From: Armatimonadota bacterium
Lineage (GTDB): Bacteria > Armatimonadota > SYMT01
Length of the DNA stretch: 64,000 nt
Reading direction: 5' to 3'
NCBI GenBank assembly: GCA_046292385.1
Contig: JBKBRF010000034.1
Span: 14,179 to 78,178 of the forward strand
A program made the position numbers and the translations under genes. This document shows, in pieces, positions 1 to 11,160 of this stretch. Within the stretch, counting starts at the first letter, position 1. Every line of letters begins with the position of its first letter. Below the pieces are notes generated by a model that worked only from the letters and a program-made list of their open reading frames with translations, had not been told where the DNA came from and did no database searches.

Positions 1-1398
1 ACCCGCTTTCCGCTGCGGCTGCGCATTCCGCGGTGGTCGGAGCGGACGGTGGTCCGGGTGAACGGAAAGGCGGTGGAGCAGGTGCAGCCCGGCCGCTACC
101 TGGCGCTCGACCGCCGCTGGGCGAAAGGGGACCGCGTCGAGTTGGAGCTCGACATGGCGCTGCGAGCCGTCGCGGGAGACCGGGACGCGCTCGGAAAGGT
201 GAGCCTCTACCGGGGGCCGCTGCTGCTGGCGTTCGATCCGCGCGACAATGACTTCGACGAGGAACGGCTGCCGCCGCTCGACCTGGCGCGGCTGGCGCAG
301 GCAAGCCTGAGCGCTCCAAAGGACGGGTGGGTGCTGCTCCAGGCGGCGGGATCGGACGGCACCGTGGTGCGGCTGCGGGACTTCGCCAGCGCCGGAGCGA
401 CCGGCCGGCGCTACCGCTCCTGGCTGCCGGCAGCGTCTCCGCTGCCGCCTCCGCCCGTGACGCGCCTGCCACGGGACGGCGCGGCCGTTCCGAAAGGCCG
501 GGTACTCTTCCGCTGGACCGGACCCTCGTCTCCGAACGACTCCGTGAACGAGTACCGGCTGATTGTAGCGGACGATCCGGAGTTGAAGCGCCCCGTGGTC
601 CGGATACCGGCGGTGAAGACGAACTGGGTGGTGGCCGGCGAGCAGCTCGAGGCGCTCAAGCCGGGCACCAGCTACTGGTGGGGAGTGGAAGCGGTGAACG
701 CGCACGGCACCTCGCGCTCTACCGGCCCCGCCGCGCGGCTCACGCTCGACCCAACGCTGCCTCCGCTTACTGAAGCGCAGCTTCGCCCGCCGGCCGCGGT
801 CGGGGTGCTCCTGCGTGCGGCGCTCTCCGGAGCGCCCGATCCCGGCCAGGGGACGCTGACCGAGGCCGAGGGCGCGAGCGCTTCCACAGGGCCGGGGGGC
901 GAGGCGAACGGCGCGGTGCGGCTGGACGGCGCGCGCGGACGCTTGAAGTACGCCGTCGACCAGTTTCCCGAGGAAGAGTACACCGTCGCCGTGCGAGTCC
1001 GGATCGACGCGCTCCCGAGCGGGCGGATCGCGCAGGTCTTTAGCGCCTGGACCGCCCCCGCGGACGATCCACTGCGGATCACGGTGGACAGCGGCAAGCT
1101 CTTCGCGCGGATCGAAGCGGGCGGCAGCTTCAGCACCCCCGGGTTCCCGGTGACCCCCGGCCGCTGGTACGACGTGGTGGCGGTAAAGCAGGGCCCGCGC
1201 CTGCTGCTCTACGTGGACGGGCAGGTGGTGGGTCAGTCCGCAGCGCCGCTCTCCGTCCGGTCCCGGAGCCGGGAAGTCGCCCTGGGAGGCAACCCGCGCT
1301 ACGCCGGCAACGAGTTCCTCGCGGCCACGTTCGCGGACTTCTCGCTCCACGGGCGGGCCTTTACCGCCGAAGAGGTACGGGAGCGGCCCCGCCCGTAA
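1..1398 (+). CDS. 5'-truncated glycoside hydrolase family 127-like protein (C-terminal beta-sandwich) with Fn3-like and LamG/concanavalin-like domains
   Basis: Frame open from base 1: [41 protein letters not shown]-like GH127 C-terminal motifs, then [15 protein letters not shown] (Fn3) and [14 protein letters not shown] (LamG). Confidence 0.75.
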   Translation, partial: TRFPLRLRIPRWSERTVVRVNGKAVEQVQPGRYLALDRRWAKGDRVELELDMALRAVAGDRDALGKVSLYRGPLLLAFDPRDNDFDEERLPPLDLARLAQASLSAPKDGWVLLQAAGSDGTVVRLRDFASAGATGRRYRSWLPAASPLPPPPVTRLPRDGAAVPKGRVLFRWTGPSSPNDSVNEYRLIVADDPELKRPVVRIPAVKTNWVVAGEQLEALKPGTSYWWGVEAVNAHGTSRSTGPAARLTLDPTLPPLTEAQLRPPAAVGVLLRAALSGAPDPGQGTLTEAEGASASTGPGGEANGAVRLDGARGRLKYAVDQFPEEEYTVAVRVRIDALPSGRIAQVFSAWTAPADDPLRITVDSGKLFARIEAGGSFSTPGFPVTPGRWYDVVAVKQGPRLLLYVDGQVVGQSAAPLSVRSRSREVALGGNPRYAGNEFLAATFADFSLHGRAFTAEEVRERPRP

Positions 1399-1415
1399 CG
1401 AGAGCCCCTTCTCAA

Positions 1416-1826
1416 ATGGAGAACACGATGAGCCGAGAGAACATCAGCACCGGATCGAAATGGGAACCGATCATCGGCTACTCGCGCGCCGTCCGGGTGG
1501 GCGAGCAGGTCTTCGTCTCAGGCACCACCGGAACCGACGCCAGCGGGACCCTGGTGGGCAAGGGAGACGTCTACGCCCAGACGGTCCAGACACTCAAGAA
1601 CGTGGCGGCCGCCCTGGAGCGGGCCGGCGCCAGCCTGGAGGACGTGGTGCGGACCCGGATCTACCTGGTCGACATCGCCCGCGACTGGCAAGAAGCGGGG
1701 CGGGCTCACGGCGAGGTGTTCGGCGAGATCCGGCCGGCCACCACGATGGTGGAGGTGCGGGCGCTGATCGACCCGGAGATGCTGGTCGAGATCGAGGCCG
1801 ACGCGGTGATCGGCGCTTCCCCTTAA
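1416..1826 (+). CDS. RidA/YjgF family protein
   Basis: [39 protein letters not shown]. Confidence 0.9.
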   Translation: MENTMSRENISTGSKWEPIIGYSRAVRVGEQVFVSGTTGTDASGTLVGKGDVYAQTVQTLKNVAAALERAGASLEDVVRTRIYLVDIARDWQEAGRAHGEVFGEIRPATTMVEVRALIDPEMLVEIEADAVIGASP

Positions 1827-1896
1827 CGCCGGGCAAACTCGCCGCGAGCTGACCCTGACCGGCGCCTCGCGAGCCTCTACCCACGGAGTCTACCGC

Positions 1897-2355
1897 ATGC
1901 TGCGAGAGCTGTTCCCCCACGGCCGGTTTCATCCTCCGGCCTCCAACGCGCAGATCGCCGCGGTGGAGGCGAGCCTGGGCGTGCGGCTGCCGGAGCCCTT
2001 GCGGCGCCTCTACCTGGAAGCCGATGGCTTCCGAGAAGACCGCGGCAACGCGAAGTACCTACTCTCCCTGACGGAGCCGGATACGATCGGCTCGTTGGTG
2101 AGCACGACCCGCTTCTATTGGGACGAATGGCCGGGGATTCAGCCCGGGTTGGAGCTCCGAGACTACCTCTTCTTCGGCTACTCGGGCGGCGACGAGGTGT
2201 GGGGGATCCACTGGCGGCCACCGGAAGAGATCATCGTCTACCATCCGCAGATGGGGAGCAGCTTCGAGACAGCGGGCACCGACCTCCTCCGGCTCTTCCG
2301 GGACGACTACGCCGCCTACGACCTGCTCGCGGAGCCGGACGCGGCCGATGGTTAG
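1897..2355 (+). CDS. SMI1/KNR4 (SUKH) family protein
   Basis: PPASNAQIAAVEASLGVRLPEPLRRLYLEADG signature. Confidence 0.8.
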   Translation: MLRELFPHGRFHPPASNAQIAAVEASLGVRLPEPLRRLYLEADGFREDRGNAKYLLSLTEPDTIGSLVSTTRFYWDEWPGIQPGLELRDYLFFGYSGGDEVWGIHWRPPEEIIVYHPQMGSSFETAGTDLLRLFRDDYAAYDLLAEPDAADG

Positions 2356-2375
2356 CACGTTCCGTCGACCCGGTG

Positions 2376-3106
2376 ATGACTGACTTCTATGCAGAGGACC
2401 TGGCGTACGTCCACCACACCGGCTTCGGCGACTTCGCCCGGGGCACGGCGCCCGGCCTGATCCGGCACCTGCGGAGCGCAGGAATCCGGCAGGGGAGGGT
2501 CGTCGACCTCGGCTGCGCAGCGGCATCTGGGCCGGAGAGCTGCTGCGCGCGGGGTACGACGTGCTCGGGATCGACCGCTCGCCGGCCATGCTCCGGCTGG
2601 CAAGGGTCGAGGCGCCCGGCGCGCGCTTCGTAGCCGCCTCGATCCAGGAGGCGGCCCTGCCGCGGTGCGCCGCCGTCACCGCTCTCGGCGAGGTGCTCAA
2701 CTACTATCCGCCCGGGCACGATCCGCCGCTCCTGCTCCCGCTCTTCGCCCGCGTGCGGGAGGCGCTCGCGCCGGGAGGGCTCTTCCTCTTCGACGTGGTG
2801 CTTCGCTCCAAGAGGCGCCCCATGCGCTATCACGCCTCACGGGAGGGGGAGGGCTGGCGGGTGGAAGTCGACGTGGTCGAAGAGCCGGAGCGCTCCCGCC
2901 TCACCCGGCAGATCCGAATCGCGCGGTGCGTGGACGGCATCGAGCGCGCCTCTGCGGAGATCCACCGGCTGCAGACCTTCTCCCGCGCGGAGCTGGAGGG
3001 CTGGCTGCGGAAGGAAGGGTTTACCGTCCGAGCCCTCCGCCGCTACGGCGAGATGCCCCTCGCGCCGCAGCGGATGGCGTTCCGAGCGCGACGGGCGGGA
3101 CGCTGA
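2376..3106 (+). pseudogene. Class I SAM-dependent methyltransferase with a single-base frameshift (pseudogene or sequencing error)
   Basis: MTDFYAEDLAYVHHTGF...VVDLGC in one frame continues as SGIWAGELLRAGYDVLGIDRSPAML in another; one G missing at ~2517 in motif I (DLGCGSG). Confidence 0.8.
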
Positions 3107-3180
3107 ACGCAACGGTGCATCGGCACAGCTTCTGCCGGCATTACAAAGGCTTTCTACCCGCAGTGGGTGAACCTGTCTGT

Positions 3181-3660
3181 ATGGCAAGTCTCCAATGGAC
3201 CCTGCGCCTCCTCCCCCTGCTTCTGGCCCTGGTCGCCTGCGGCTGTTCGCCGCGGGACTCGGTCCTGCAGGTGGAGGACGATGACCCGGAGATGGCCGCC
3301 GCCATCTCCCAGGCCCGTGCCTCGCTTCCCCACCTCTGGAGTGTCTTCGAGCGTCCCATCCGCGGGGAGAGCGTGTTCTCGCTGAAGGTGAAGATCACGG
3401 ACGGGAACGGCACCGAGCACTTCTGGGTGGGCAGCCTGGAACGGCGCGACGGAGTCACGACCGGGAAGATCGACAACGATCCGAACATCGTCCGGAACGT
3501 CAAGCTGGGGGAGCGGATCACGATCCCGGACGCCGACATCTCGGACTGGCTCTATAAGCGCGAGGGAAAGATGGTCGGCAACTACACCCTCCGCGCCATG
3601 TTCAAGCAGATGCCCGCCGAGGAAGTGAGCCGATTCCGGGCGATGATGGCCGATCCGTAA
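3181..3660 (+). CDS. DUF2314 (YegJ-like) exported protein
   Basis: Hydrophobic signal or lipobox, DDDPEMAAAISQAR, EHFWV, GKIDNDP, ISDW, GNYTLR. Confidence 0.8.
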   Translation: MASLQWTLRLLPLLLALVACGCSPRDSVLQVEDDDPEMAAAISQARASLPHLWSVFERPIRGESVFSLKVKITDGNGTEHFWVGSLERRDGVTTGKIDNDPNIVRNVKLGERITIPDADISDWLYKREGKMVGNYTLRAMFKQMPAEEVSRFRAMMADP

Positions 3661-3978
3661 CCGGCCGCCTCGCGACCGGCGCGCTCTGCGGGGGAGACAT
3701 CACTCGGGGGGAGGTAACTCCCCGCGGAGGAAGCGGAGACCATCCTGCGCCAGCTACTCTTCCGGAAACCGCCGCGAGTGTTCACGGTGTCGTACCCGGC
3801 CTCGCTGCTGTCGGCGGCGGAGCCAGATCGTCGAGCCGCCGGCGCGGCGGTCGACTACACCGATCCACAGGGTAGAATGGAATGGAGCTCCAGGGCGTGG
3901 GCAGGAAGTACTGCGGGACTCGCGCCTGCACCACAGTCCGCTCGCCGTTCGGAGGGCGAATGGATCGAGAGGGAAAGT

Positions 3979-4170
3979 ATGAAGAAAGCGGCGGTTGTAT
4001 TCCGATCGTTCGAGGCAGCGGAGCGCGCCGAGAAGGAATACTACCGGAGCCTCTCTCCAGGAGAGCGCCTGGAGATTCTCCTGGAGCTGAACCGGCGCTT
4101 CTATCCAACCGTAGATGATCAGCCTTCCGAAAGACCTGCGCGAGTTTATCGGGTTACTGAACTCGAATGA
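3979..4170 (+). CDS. Small protein, likely partner of the downstream nucleotidyltransferase
   Basis: EYYRSLSPGERLEILLEL motif; overlaps the next gene. Confidence 0.6.
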   Translation: MKKAAVVFRSFEAAERAEKEYYRSLSPGERLEILLELNRRFYPTVDDQPSERPARVYRVTELE

Positions 4171-4558
4171 GGTTCGCTATCTCATCGTGGGCGGCTACGC
4201 CGTGGCCTACCACGGTTATCCGCGCTCGACGGGGGACATCGACTTCCTCCTTCAGGTCTCCGAAGAAAACGCTTCTCGCGTGATCGAGGCGCTGCGAGAG
4301 TTTGGCTTCTCCAGCCTGGGATTACGCCCAGCCGATCTCCTCCAGGAAGGCATCGTCATTCAGTTGGGCTACCCGCCTAACCGCATCGATCTGCTCACCG
4401 GGATCAGCGGCGCCACCTTTGACGATGCCTGGGAGAAGCGGATCGAGGATGAATTCGACGGCCTGACGCTGATCTTCGTCGACCTCGAGACTCTGCGGGC
4501 AAACAAAGCGGCAACAGGTCGGCCGAAGGACCTGGCCGACCTGGATGCGCTCTCTTGA
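4115..4558 (+). CDS. Minimal nucleotidyltransferase-like protein (DUF6036-like)
   Basis: YLIVGGYAVAYHGYPRSTGDID and NKAATGRPKDLADL. Confidence 0.8.
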   Translation: MISLPKDLREFIGLLNSNEVRYLIVGGYAVAYHGYPRSTGDIDFLLQVSEENASRVIEALREFGFSSLGLRPADLLQEGIVIQLGYPPNRIDLLTGISGATFDDAWEKRIEDEFDGLTLIFVDLETLRANKAATGRPKDLADLDALS

Positions 4559-4574
4559 ATGGCCGGGGCCGCGT

Positions 4575-5462
4575 CTACTTGCCGGCGAGGATCAGGTCGA
4601 CGCGGCGGTTGACGTCCTTCAGGTAGTCGGCGTCGCCGCCGCCCAGCTCGCAGGTGACCCAGCCGTTGTAGCCGATCTCGCCGAGCGCCTTGCGGACCTC
4701 CGGCCAGTCGATGCTGCCGTCCCGCAGGTTGACGAAGTCGCCCTTGATCGCCTGGAAGAGGCCCGGACCGCCCTTGAAGTCTTTCAGGTGGACCTTCTTG
4801 ATCCGCGGGCCGAGGGTGCGGATCCAGTCTTGCGGCCAGCCGAACGGCACCACGTTGCCGACGTCGAAGTAAGCCTGGACCCAGGGGCTCTGGAAGCTGT
4901 CGACGAACCGGTTGAACTCCAGCGGGGAGAGCAGGAAGTTGTTCCAGACCTCCTCGATCAGGATCGGCACGCGGAGCCGCTCCGCGGTGGGGATCAGCTT
5001 GCGGATCCCTTCCTGCGCCCATTGGTAGGCGCTGCCGTACGGCGTCTGGGCGTTGACCACCCCCGGCACCAGGAGGATGCAGTCCGACCCGAGCGCCTTG
5101 GCACTGCGCAGCGCCGCCTCGGCCAGCTTGACGCTCTGCTCCCGCTGGGCAGCATCCGGGTGGGTGAGCGGGGGATTCCAGCCGCCGTAGATGACCGAGT
5201 GGAGCCGCACGCCCGCTTTCTCCGCGGCAGAGCGGAGCGCCTCGCACTCCGCTTCCGGCACCGGCGGCATCTCGATGCCGTCGAAGCCGCACTCCCGCGC
5301 CAGCTTGAACCGCTCCGCCGGCGGGAGAGCCGAGGGGAGCATGGAGTAGACGACCGCCTTCTTCATGCCGCCTTCCTGGGCCGCGAAGGCCGAGCTGGCG
5401 CTCAGCCCGGCGGCTACGGCCGCGCCCGCGGCAGTCTGGGCGAGGAAATCACGTCGCTTCAT
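4575..5462 (-). CDS. Tat-exported sugar phosphate isomerase/epimerase (xylose isomerase-like TIM barrel)
   Basis: MKRRDFL Tat signal, GFDGIE, IEEVWNNFLLSP, YFDVGN, VHLKDF. Confidence 0.85.
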   Translation of the reverse strand: MKRRDFLAQTAAGAAVAAGLSASSAFAAQEGGMKKAVVYSMLPSALPPAERFKLARECGFDGIEMPPVPEAECEALRSAAEKAGVRLHSVIYGGWNPPLTHPDAAQREQSVKLAEAALRSAKALGSDCILLVPGVVNAQTPYGSAYQWAQEGIRKLIPTAERLRVPILIEEVWNNFLLSPLEFNRFVDSFQSPWVQAYFDVGNVVPFGWPQDWIRTLGPRIKKVHLKDFKGGPGLFQAIKGDFVNLRDGSIDWPEVRKALGEIGYNGWVTCELGGGDADYLKDVNRRVDLILAGK

Positions 5463-5495
5463 TTTCTGTTCCTTATCCTGGCGAACCGGGGTCGC

Positions 5496-6794
5496 CTACC
5501 CGAGCGGGGGAGTACCGGGCTTCGCCATGGGGGCGATGGCGAGCCGCCCGTCCCAGCGCAGCTCCTTGGGGAAGAGGTCCTCGCCGGACTTCAGCAGCTC
5601 GTCCCAGGTGACGGCGGCGCCGGTGTAGGCGGCCATGCGGCCCATCAGGCCGGCCAGGGTGCTGCGCGCCATCTTCTCCTGCTCGCGGATCGGCTGGCCC
5701 TTGCGGATGGCGGCGAAGAGGGCGTCGTGCTCCAACTGGTACATCGTCTTCTTCGGCGGCGGCGTGCGCCACTCGGTCTCCCCGGACATCTCCGCGGCGG
5801 CGAAGCGCACCGTGCCGGTCCCCTTCGCGCCGATCACGTAGTCGGTGTTGTCGTTGTGGGAGACGCCGGCGATCTGGCGCTGCGCCATCGTGGCGCGGGT
5901 GCCGTCCGCCCACTCGTAGAAGACGTCGATGTGGTCGTAGATATTCCCCTCGTTATTCGGGTGGACCCGTCCGCCGGTGGCGACGCAGCGCACCGGAGTC
6001 ACGTCTTTCATCGCCCACATGATCTTGTCGACGCTGTGGCACGCCTGCTCGATCAGGCCGTCGCCGCTGAGCCAGACGAAGTTGTACCAGTTGCGGATCT
6101 GCCACTCCACGTCGCTCATCCCCGCCGGCCGCGCGGAGGCGGGTGGCATCGGCTTGACGGGCCCAGTCAGGTAGGTGGAGTGGATGAAGCGGACCGGGCC
6201 GATGGCGCCCTCGTGCAGCCGCTTGAAGAAGGCGCGGTGCGGCTCCGCGTACCGGTAGCAGAAGCCGGAGAGGAAGCAGCGGTCCTTCCGCGCCCCGTCC
6301 GCCGCCCGCAGCGCGGAGAGTACGCCGGCGACGTCGGTCCCCATCGGCTTCTCCGCAAAGATGTGCTTGCCCGCGGCGACGGCGGCCTTGATGTGCTGCG
6401 GCCGGAATCCGGGCGGGGCGCAGAGGAGCACCACGTCGACGCCGGAATCGATCACCTTCTGGTAGGCGTCGAGCCCCACGAACTGCTGCGAGGCCGACAC
6501 CTGCACCCGGGAGCCGAACGTCTCGTGCTTCCGCAGCGCGCCGACGCTCCGCTCGATCACCTCGGGTAGCACGTCGCCCATCGCCGTCAGCACGGCGCCC
6601 TTGTCGGCCTGGAGCGCGTCGACCGCGGCACCCGTCCCACGCCCACCGCAGCCGATAAGCCCCACCTTGAGCTGGTCCGACCCCTGCGCGAAGGCGTAGT
6701 TTCCGCTCGCCAGCAGTGCCGCCGAGCCCGCCGCCGTCGCACCCTTCAAGAACTCTCGGCGGCTCGACGCCGCGCCCTGGATCTCCTCTGACAT
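5496..6794 (-). CDS. Tat-exported Gfo/Idh/MocA oxidoreductase
   Basis: SRREFLK, LKVGLIGCGGRGTGAA, GKHIFAEKP, EQACHSVD. Confidence 0.9.
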   Translation of the reverse strand: MSEEIQGAASSRREFLKGATAAGSAALLASGNYAFAQGSDQLKVGLIGCGGRGTGAAVDALQADKGAVLTAMGDVLPEVIERSVGALRKHETFGSRVQVSASQQFVGLDAYQKVIDSGVDVVLLCAPPGFRPQHIKAAVAAGKHIFAEKPMGTDVAGVLSALRAADGARKDRCFLSGFCYRYAEPHRAFFKRLHEGAIGPVRFIHSTYLTGPVKPMPPASARPAGMSDVEWQIRNWYNFVWLSGDGLIEQACHSVDKIMWAMKDVTPVRCVATGGRVHPNNEGNIYDHIDVFYEWADGTRATMAQRQIAGVSHNDNTDYVIGAKGTGTVRFAAAEMSGETEWRTPPPKKTMYQLEHDALFAAIRKGQPIREQEKMARSTLAGLMGRMAAYTGAAVTWDELLKSGEDLFPKELRWDGRLAIAPMAKPGTPPLG

Positions 6795-7056
6795 CCCACT
6801 ACCTCCCGCCGCGCCCGCGCCGCGCGACCGCGCAGCCGCCGCCGACTGTCCCATGCTGCCTTTCCAACCCAGGCGGCCCGTTTCCTGCCCGGCGGCCAAG
6901 AACTGCGAATTGCGAGCCTGGTAGGTTGCTCGGGGAGGAAATATCGGACGCTCGTGGAACCGAAGATCAACTACACAGTCCGGAAACCCCCGCCGGTACG
7001 CCGGGCGAGAGCTGCGCTGCGTTTTGCAGGTCGGCGAGCGACTGAGAAGAGGTCCG

Positions 7057-7242
7057 ATGCGAAGAGTGTTCGGTGGTTTGATCCTCTTACTGGGCCTGGC
7101 GCAGTCAGGCTGGATCGTCTACAACCTGTACATCCAGCCACTCCCGGAGACTCGAGGCATCGATCCGCTCCCTGCCTCGCTCCTCGCGGCGGGGATGATT
7201 ACGGTGGGCGTGAACTGGCTCCGCGGGAAGACGGCGCGCTAG
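7057..7242 (+). CDS. Small membrane protein with two predicted TM helices
   Basis: ATG after GAGG; two hydrophobic stretches. Confidence 0.5.
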   Translation: MRRVFGGLILLLGLAQSGWIVYNLYIQPLPETRGIDPLPASLLAAGMITVGVNWLRGKTAR

Positions 7243-7255
7243 CCCTGCGATCCGT

Positions 7256-7490
7256 TCACACCAGGACTTTGTATAAGTACGTGGTGCTGCACGGGCCGCC
7301 GTCCGGCATCAGCGCGAAGCCGGGCACCACGCCCACCCGCTGCCAGCCCAACCGCTCGCAGAGCCGCTCCGAGCCGCCACCGGTGACGGCGTCCAGCACC
7401 AGTAGCGTGCGTCCCGGCTCTCGCGCGGCTTTCTCCACGGCGTGCATCAGGAGGGCGCCCACGCTCTGGCGCTGGGCGAAGGCGCCTGGC
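7256..7490 (-). pseudogene. C-terminal fragment of a GNAT acetyltransferase
   Basis: QRQSVGALLMHAVEKAAR..RTLLVLDAVTG..ERL..RLGWQRVGVVPGFA; N-terminal half absent. Confidence 0.65.
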
Positions 7491-7796
7491 CAGTGAAACG
7501 TTCCTCCCTGATTCGAGAATCCACGTCCGGATTACTCGATCTCAGGAATGGCAAACCGGACCTCGACCCTACCACCGCGTAGTCATCCGTCGGCTTTGGT
7601 CGAAGAGGACGCGCCGGGAGAAACGAACGGCGATTGCAGGCGTCCGAGAAGCGAGACCGTGAGAGCGGCGGTCTATGCGGAGGGGAGGCACATCGAGGGT
7701 GGTGGAGGCCTACCGTGCGGATGCGATGGGCGCGACATCCAGGCTCTACGAGGTCGAGAGCCCCGGCGGACTTCGCTGCCTCTGATGGAAACGGGG

Positions 7797-8954
7797 TCAG
7801 TGAACCGCACTATCTCGTGCGGAACGCGACCACAGCATCAAGCCGTGCACGAACGGCATGGGGTCGTCCCACGATACCGCGGACTTGGCCTCGCATCGTG
7901 CCACCCAGAGCAACCACCTAGGCAGCGGCACCCCCCATTCCTTGGCCGCCGCCAGGTCTCGCCAGATGCGGCACCACCGGACGCCCGCCCGGGCCACCGA
8001 TGGGGCCTGCCGAGGAAGCCCGACCAGGTCCGCGTAGACTAGCGCGGGGAGATTGACGCCGGCGATGGCCCCGGGATGATGCCAGAGATTGAAGCGCGGG
8101 TTCACCTCCAGCAGATACAGCCGCCCGTCCGGACTCCGTTTGAAATCGAGCTTTGCCACCCCGCGGAGGCCCATCCGCTGCACCAGTTCTCGTCCGAGCG
8201 ACGCCACGTCCGGCAGGTCCGCGATCTCCAGCGCGGTACTGTGTCCGTACGCCACCGGGCGAGTCCGGATCTTGCGCCCGGTGAACTCACCGACCCGCTT
8301 CCCATCCCAATCGACATAGACGTGATAGCTCTCGACCCGGGTCTCCGGCCCTGGAATCCGCTCCTGCGCCAGAAAGGCCATGCCCGACTCCGCCAGGCGC
8401 GGCCACAGCCCTCTGAGCGCTGCGGGGGTCTCCACTTCCAGTGCTTTGTTCGAGCCGCCGATCTGCTCCCATGATTTCCAGCGGGTCAGCGGCTTGATCA
8501 TCAGCGGAAACCCAAGGTCTATGTCCGTGGGCGTAGATCCCGCCGCGGGTTGGATCTGGCGTGTTCTCGGAACGGGGAGGGCCAGGCGCTCCGCCAGCAC
8601 CTGGAACCGCGCCTTGTCGACCAGGTCTTCGACCAGTTCCGCGTCCGCCACCACGAACCGGAAGACTTCTGCCAGGAGGTCCCGGTGGCGCGACAGGAAA
8701 AGTAGCTGCGCGTCGCTTTCGTAGAACAACACCGGTGCGGAGGGCTGCCGCGAACCGTACCGGACGAGCATGGCGGCCAACTCCTCCGGCCGCTCCGAGA
8801 AGTCCTCCCAGTCCAGAATAGTGCGTGCAAAGCGCGAATACCGAGCCGGGCTGCCGCGACCAGCCACGACTGCGCAGGGGATTCCACGAAGGCCGAGTGG
8901 GCGCACCAGGTCCATGTCTCCCATTACACACGCGATCGGCATTCCGGTGGCCAT
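7797..8954 (-). CDS. ATP-grasp carboxylate-amine ligase (D-aspartate ligase-like)
   Basis: DKARF, FPLMIKP, QERIPG, GVAKLDFKR..YLLEVNPRFNLW..GVNLP. Confidence 0.85.
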   Translation of the reverse strand: MATGMPIACVMGDMDLVRPLGLRGIPCAVVAGRGSPARYSRFARTILDWEDFSERPEELAAMLVRYGSRQPSAPVLFYESDAQLLFLSRHRDLLAEVFRFVVADAELVEDLVDKARFQVLAERLALPVPRTRQIQPAAGSTPTDIDLGFPLMIKPLTRWKSWEQIGGSNKALEVETPAALRGLWPRLAESGMAFLAQERIPGPETRVESYHVYVDWDGKRVGEFTGRKIRTRPVAYGHSTALEIADLPDVASLGRELVQRMGLRGVAKLDFKRSPDGRLYLLEVNPRFNLWHHPGAIAGVNLPALVYADLVGLPRQAPSVARAGVRWCRIWRDLAAAKEWGVPLPRWLLWVARCEAKSAVSWDDPMPFVHGLMLWSRSARDSAVH

Positions 8955-8991
8955 CCGGAGTCTCCGTCGAAGCACGTCCCGTTCCGGAACG

Positions 8992-10227
8992 CTATTCTTT
9001 CTGAGCTTCGTCGAGGGATCGGGGTACCTGGGTCCTACTCGCAGCTCCGAAGCCGAGCAGTGAAGACCATTGCTGCCGGGACATTCGGCCTCGGAACGAC
9101 TGCTGCCACCGATACCCCTTCTCCGCCAGGCTGCGAGCCTGGGTGAGCCAGCCGTAGCGACTTCGGATCCACCGGTGTTGGCTCCCATCCAGCTCTGCGC
9201 CGAGTCTCGTCTTGAACTCACCTCGTCCCATGAAGTCGAAGGTGTCACAACCCCGCTCCATGGCTTTTTTCATCACCATCCACGTCATCAGCTCGGTAGG
9301 CCGGTACCAGCGGTACTGCGTACGGTGAGCCCACATCCAAAGAAGCAGCTCGTGCCCTTCCACCGTGAACGTTCCCGTGGCAATATTCACCTCGTTGCCG
9401 CCCTCGTCCGGAAGATAGACGGAGATCGCCAGCAGGTTGCCCGCTGCCTTCATGTGGCGGAAGTACTCCAACACTCGCTTCTTGTTGAAGGGGATGATGT
9501 TTCCACCGCGCAGGAAGACTTCTTTGAGCTGGTCGTAGTGTTCGTCGACAAAGCTCTCATCTTCCTCAAATCTCGTGATGAGTCCCAGCTTCTCCGCTCG
9601 ACGAACGTTCCGCCTGGCGCTGTCCTTCAGCATCTTCATCGCTCTGGCTTCGTCCCCAGGGTACAAAGGCGCCCGATAGGTGAATACGGGATCACCGCGG
9701 AAGTGGAAGGCCTTCATTGCCTCCGCATCGAGCTCGCTGCTGATCATCTCGATATGATGAACTCCGTACCGGTTCTGAAGGAAGGGAACCAGGACCGCTA
9801 TCATCTCTTCAGTGGAGATGTGAGATGGATCGAAGACAGGACCCATGCTCGCCGTTTGCCATCCTGGAAGGGGCGATCCAAAAACCCGAAAGAAACCGAC
9901 CGAAACCAGGAGCCCCGGCAAGCAGCTAACGATCTTCCCATTCTTCTCGAAGACGAGGTGGATCGGGGTGCCCAGCCCACAAGCTTCCAGTGACCACAGC
10001 CATGCCGTTTTGTGGGTTACTCTGCAATTACAAAACGACGATACGAGCTCATCCCAGATGAGCAGCTCACGGTCGGAAGCACATCTGACTTCCACACGGT
10101 TACAGCTCGAGACCTCTGATCTATACCCACATGATTTCACGTACTCTCTCCCGAATGGGACACCCTGGTGAAGCACGAAGAGGCAAAAACAACACGCTGA
10201 GTATTCCGGCATCACAGCAACCGACAC
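8992..10227 (-). CDS. GNAT family protein (Acetyltransf_6/FemAB-like); start codon uncertain
   Basis: ARRNVRRAEKLG, RPTELMTW..KKAMERGCDTFDFMG..FKTRLG; visibly AT-richer codon usage. Confidence 0.75.
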   Translation of the reverse strand: MSVAVMPEYSACCFCLFVLHQGVPFGREYVKSCGYRSEVSSCNRVEVRCASDRELLIWDELVSSFCNCRVTHKTAWLWSLEACGLGTPIHLVFEKNGKIVSCLPGLLVSVGFFRVFGSPLPGWQTASMGPVFDPSHISTEEMIAVLVPFLQNRYGVHHIEMISSELDAEAMKAFHFRGDPVFTYRAPLYPGDEARAMKMLKDSARRNVRRAEKLGLITRFEEDESFVDEHYDQLKEVFLRGGNIIPFNKKRVLEYFRHMKAAGNLLAISVYLPDEGGNEVNIATGTFTVEGHELLLWMWAHRTQYRWYRPTELMTWMVMKKAMERGCDTFDFMGRGEFKTRLGAELDGSQHRWIRSRYGWLTQARSLAEKGYRWQQSFRGRMSRQQWSSLLGFGAASRTQVPRSLDEAQKE

Positions 10228-10689
10228 CCTTAAATTTACAGATTCTATTGACCGGTACCTTTACCTTTGCATGCTTGCATATCCAGCAACTCACGTCTAC
10301 TCGGTCGTTGACCCGACTGGCTAGCCCATGCCTTTCGGATCAGGAATCTCTTACAACGATGACCTGCCGCACTTCATGTTTCGACTCCGAAAGATGCTGA
10401 AATCGGGCTCCGCATTCATCTCAGCCGTGACTCTACGAGAGGTGAGTGTTGCGAAGGCGGTGGGGGCAGCACGGAGCGGAGAAACCCGACGAGGGCACGG
10501 AGAGCTGCGACCAGCGGCTTACGGCGAAACTGGAGCAGAACTGCCGTGATCACTGCCCGTTTCCCGGTGGAGCCCGCGGCCGGGCGCCGGATGAGGGGGA
10601 GCCGAGATCGCCGTCGGGCTCGCGGTCGTCATGCGTGCGGCCTTACCCGGGTGCGAGCGTGAGAGCGGAAGCTGCCCGCACGCCGGATA

Positions 10690-10890
10690 CCGAAGTAGAG
10701 GTAGCCCTGGCGGTCACCGCCTGGCGGTGGGGTCGGGTCCACTGGCCGGGCTGCGAGCCGGGGCTACCGGCGGCGATAAGGAACTTCCCCTCGGAGGTGA
10801 AGCACTGCACCCGATCGTTGAGGCTGCTCACCCACACGCGCTCGGCACGGTCTATCGCGACCCCGACCGGACCGAAGGAGCGCTCGGAGT
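10690..10890 (-). pseudogene. NHL-repeat gene fragment
   Basis: FGPVGVAIDRAERVWVSSLNDRVQCFTSEGKFL..GSPGSQPGQW.RPH; no intact start or continuation. Confidence 0.55.
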
Positions 10891-10965
10891 AGGTGCAGGA
10901 GGGCTTACCCGCTCGCTCCAACGTTTTGATGAGTCTGGAGACGAACGAGCTGGAGCCCTGCGCAG

Positions 10966-11160
10966 ATGATGCACCTGAGGCCGATCACGCCTGATCTGGC
11001 GGAGTCCTTGCGAGCGGTCCGGCTGCGCGCCCTGCAGGACACGCCGACCGCCTTCGGCTCCACCTACGCCCGGGAGGCACAGCTTACCGATGCGGAGTGG
11101 GAGCAGCGGGCGGCGCGATGGAACGGAGAGGATGCGGTGGGGTACCTGGCGCGGTCGAAT
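10966..11160 (+). pseudogene. N-terminal fragment of a GNAT acetyltransferase
   Basis: LRAVRLRALQDTPTAFGSTYARE..EW..R N-terminal motif; the acetyl-CoA-binding half is missing. Confidence 0.6.

Noticed and set aside
4545..6569. 674-aa plus-strand ORF
   Set aside because: Antisense to two well-supported Tat-exported enzymes.
10446..10560. Weak resemblance to an OmpR-type winged-helix C-terminus (WG...RLTAKLE)
   Set aside because: Too short and degenerate to support.
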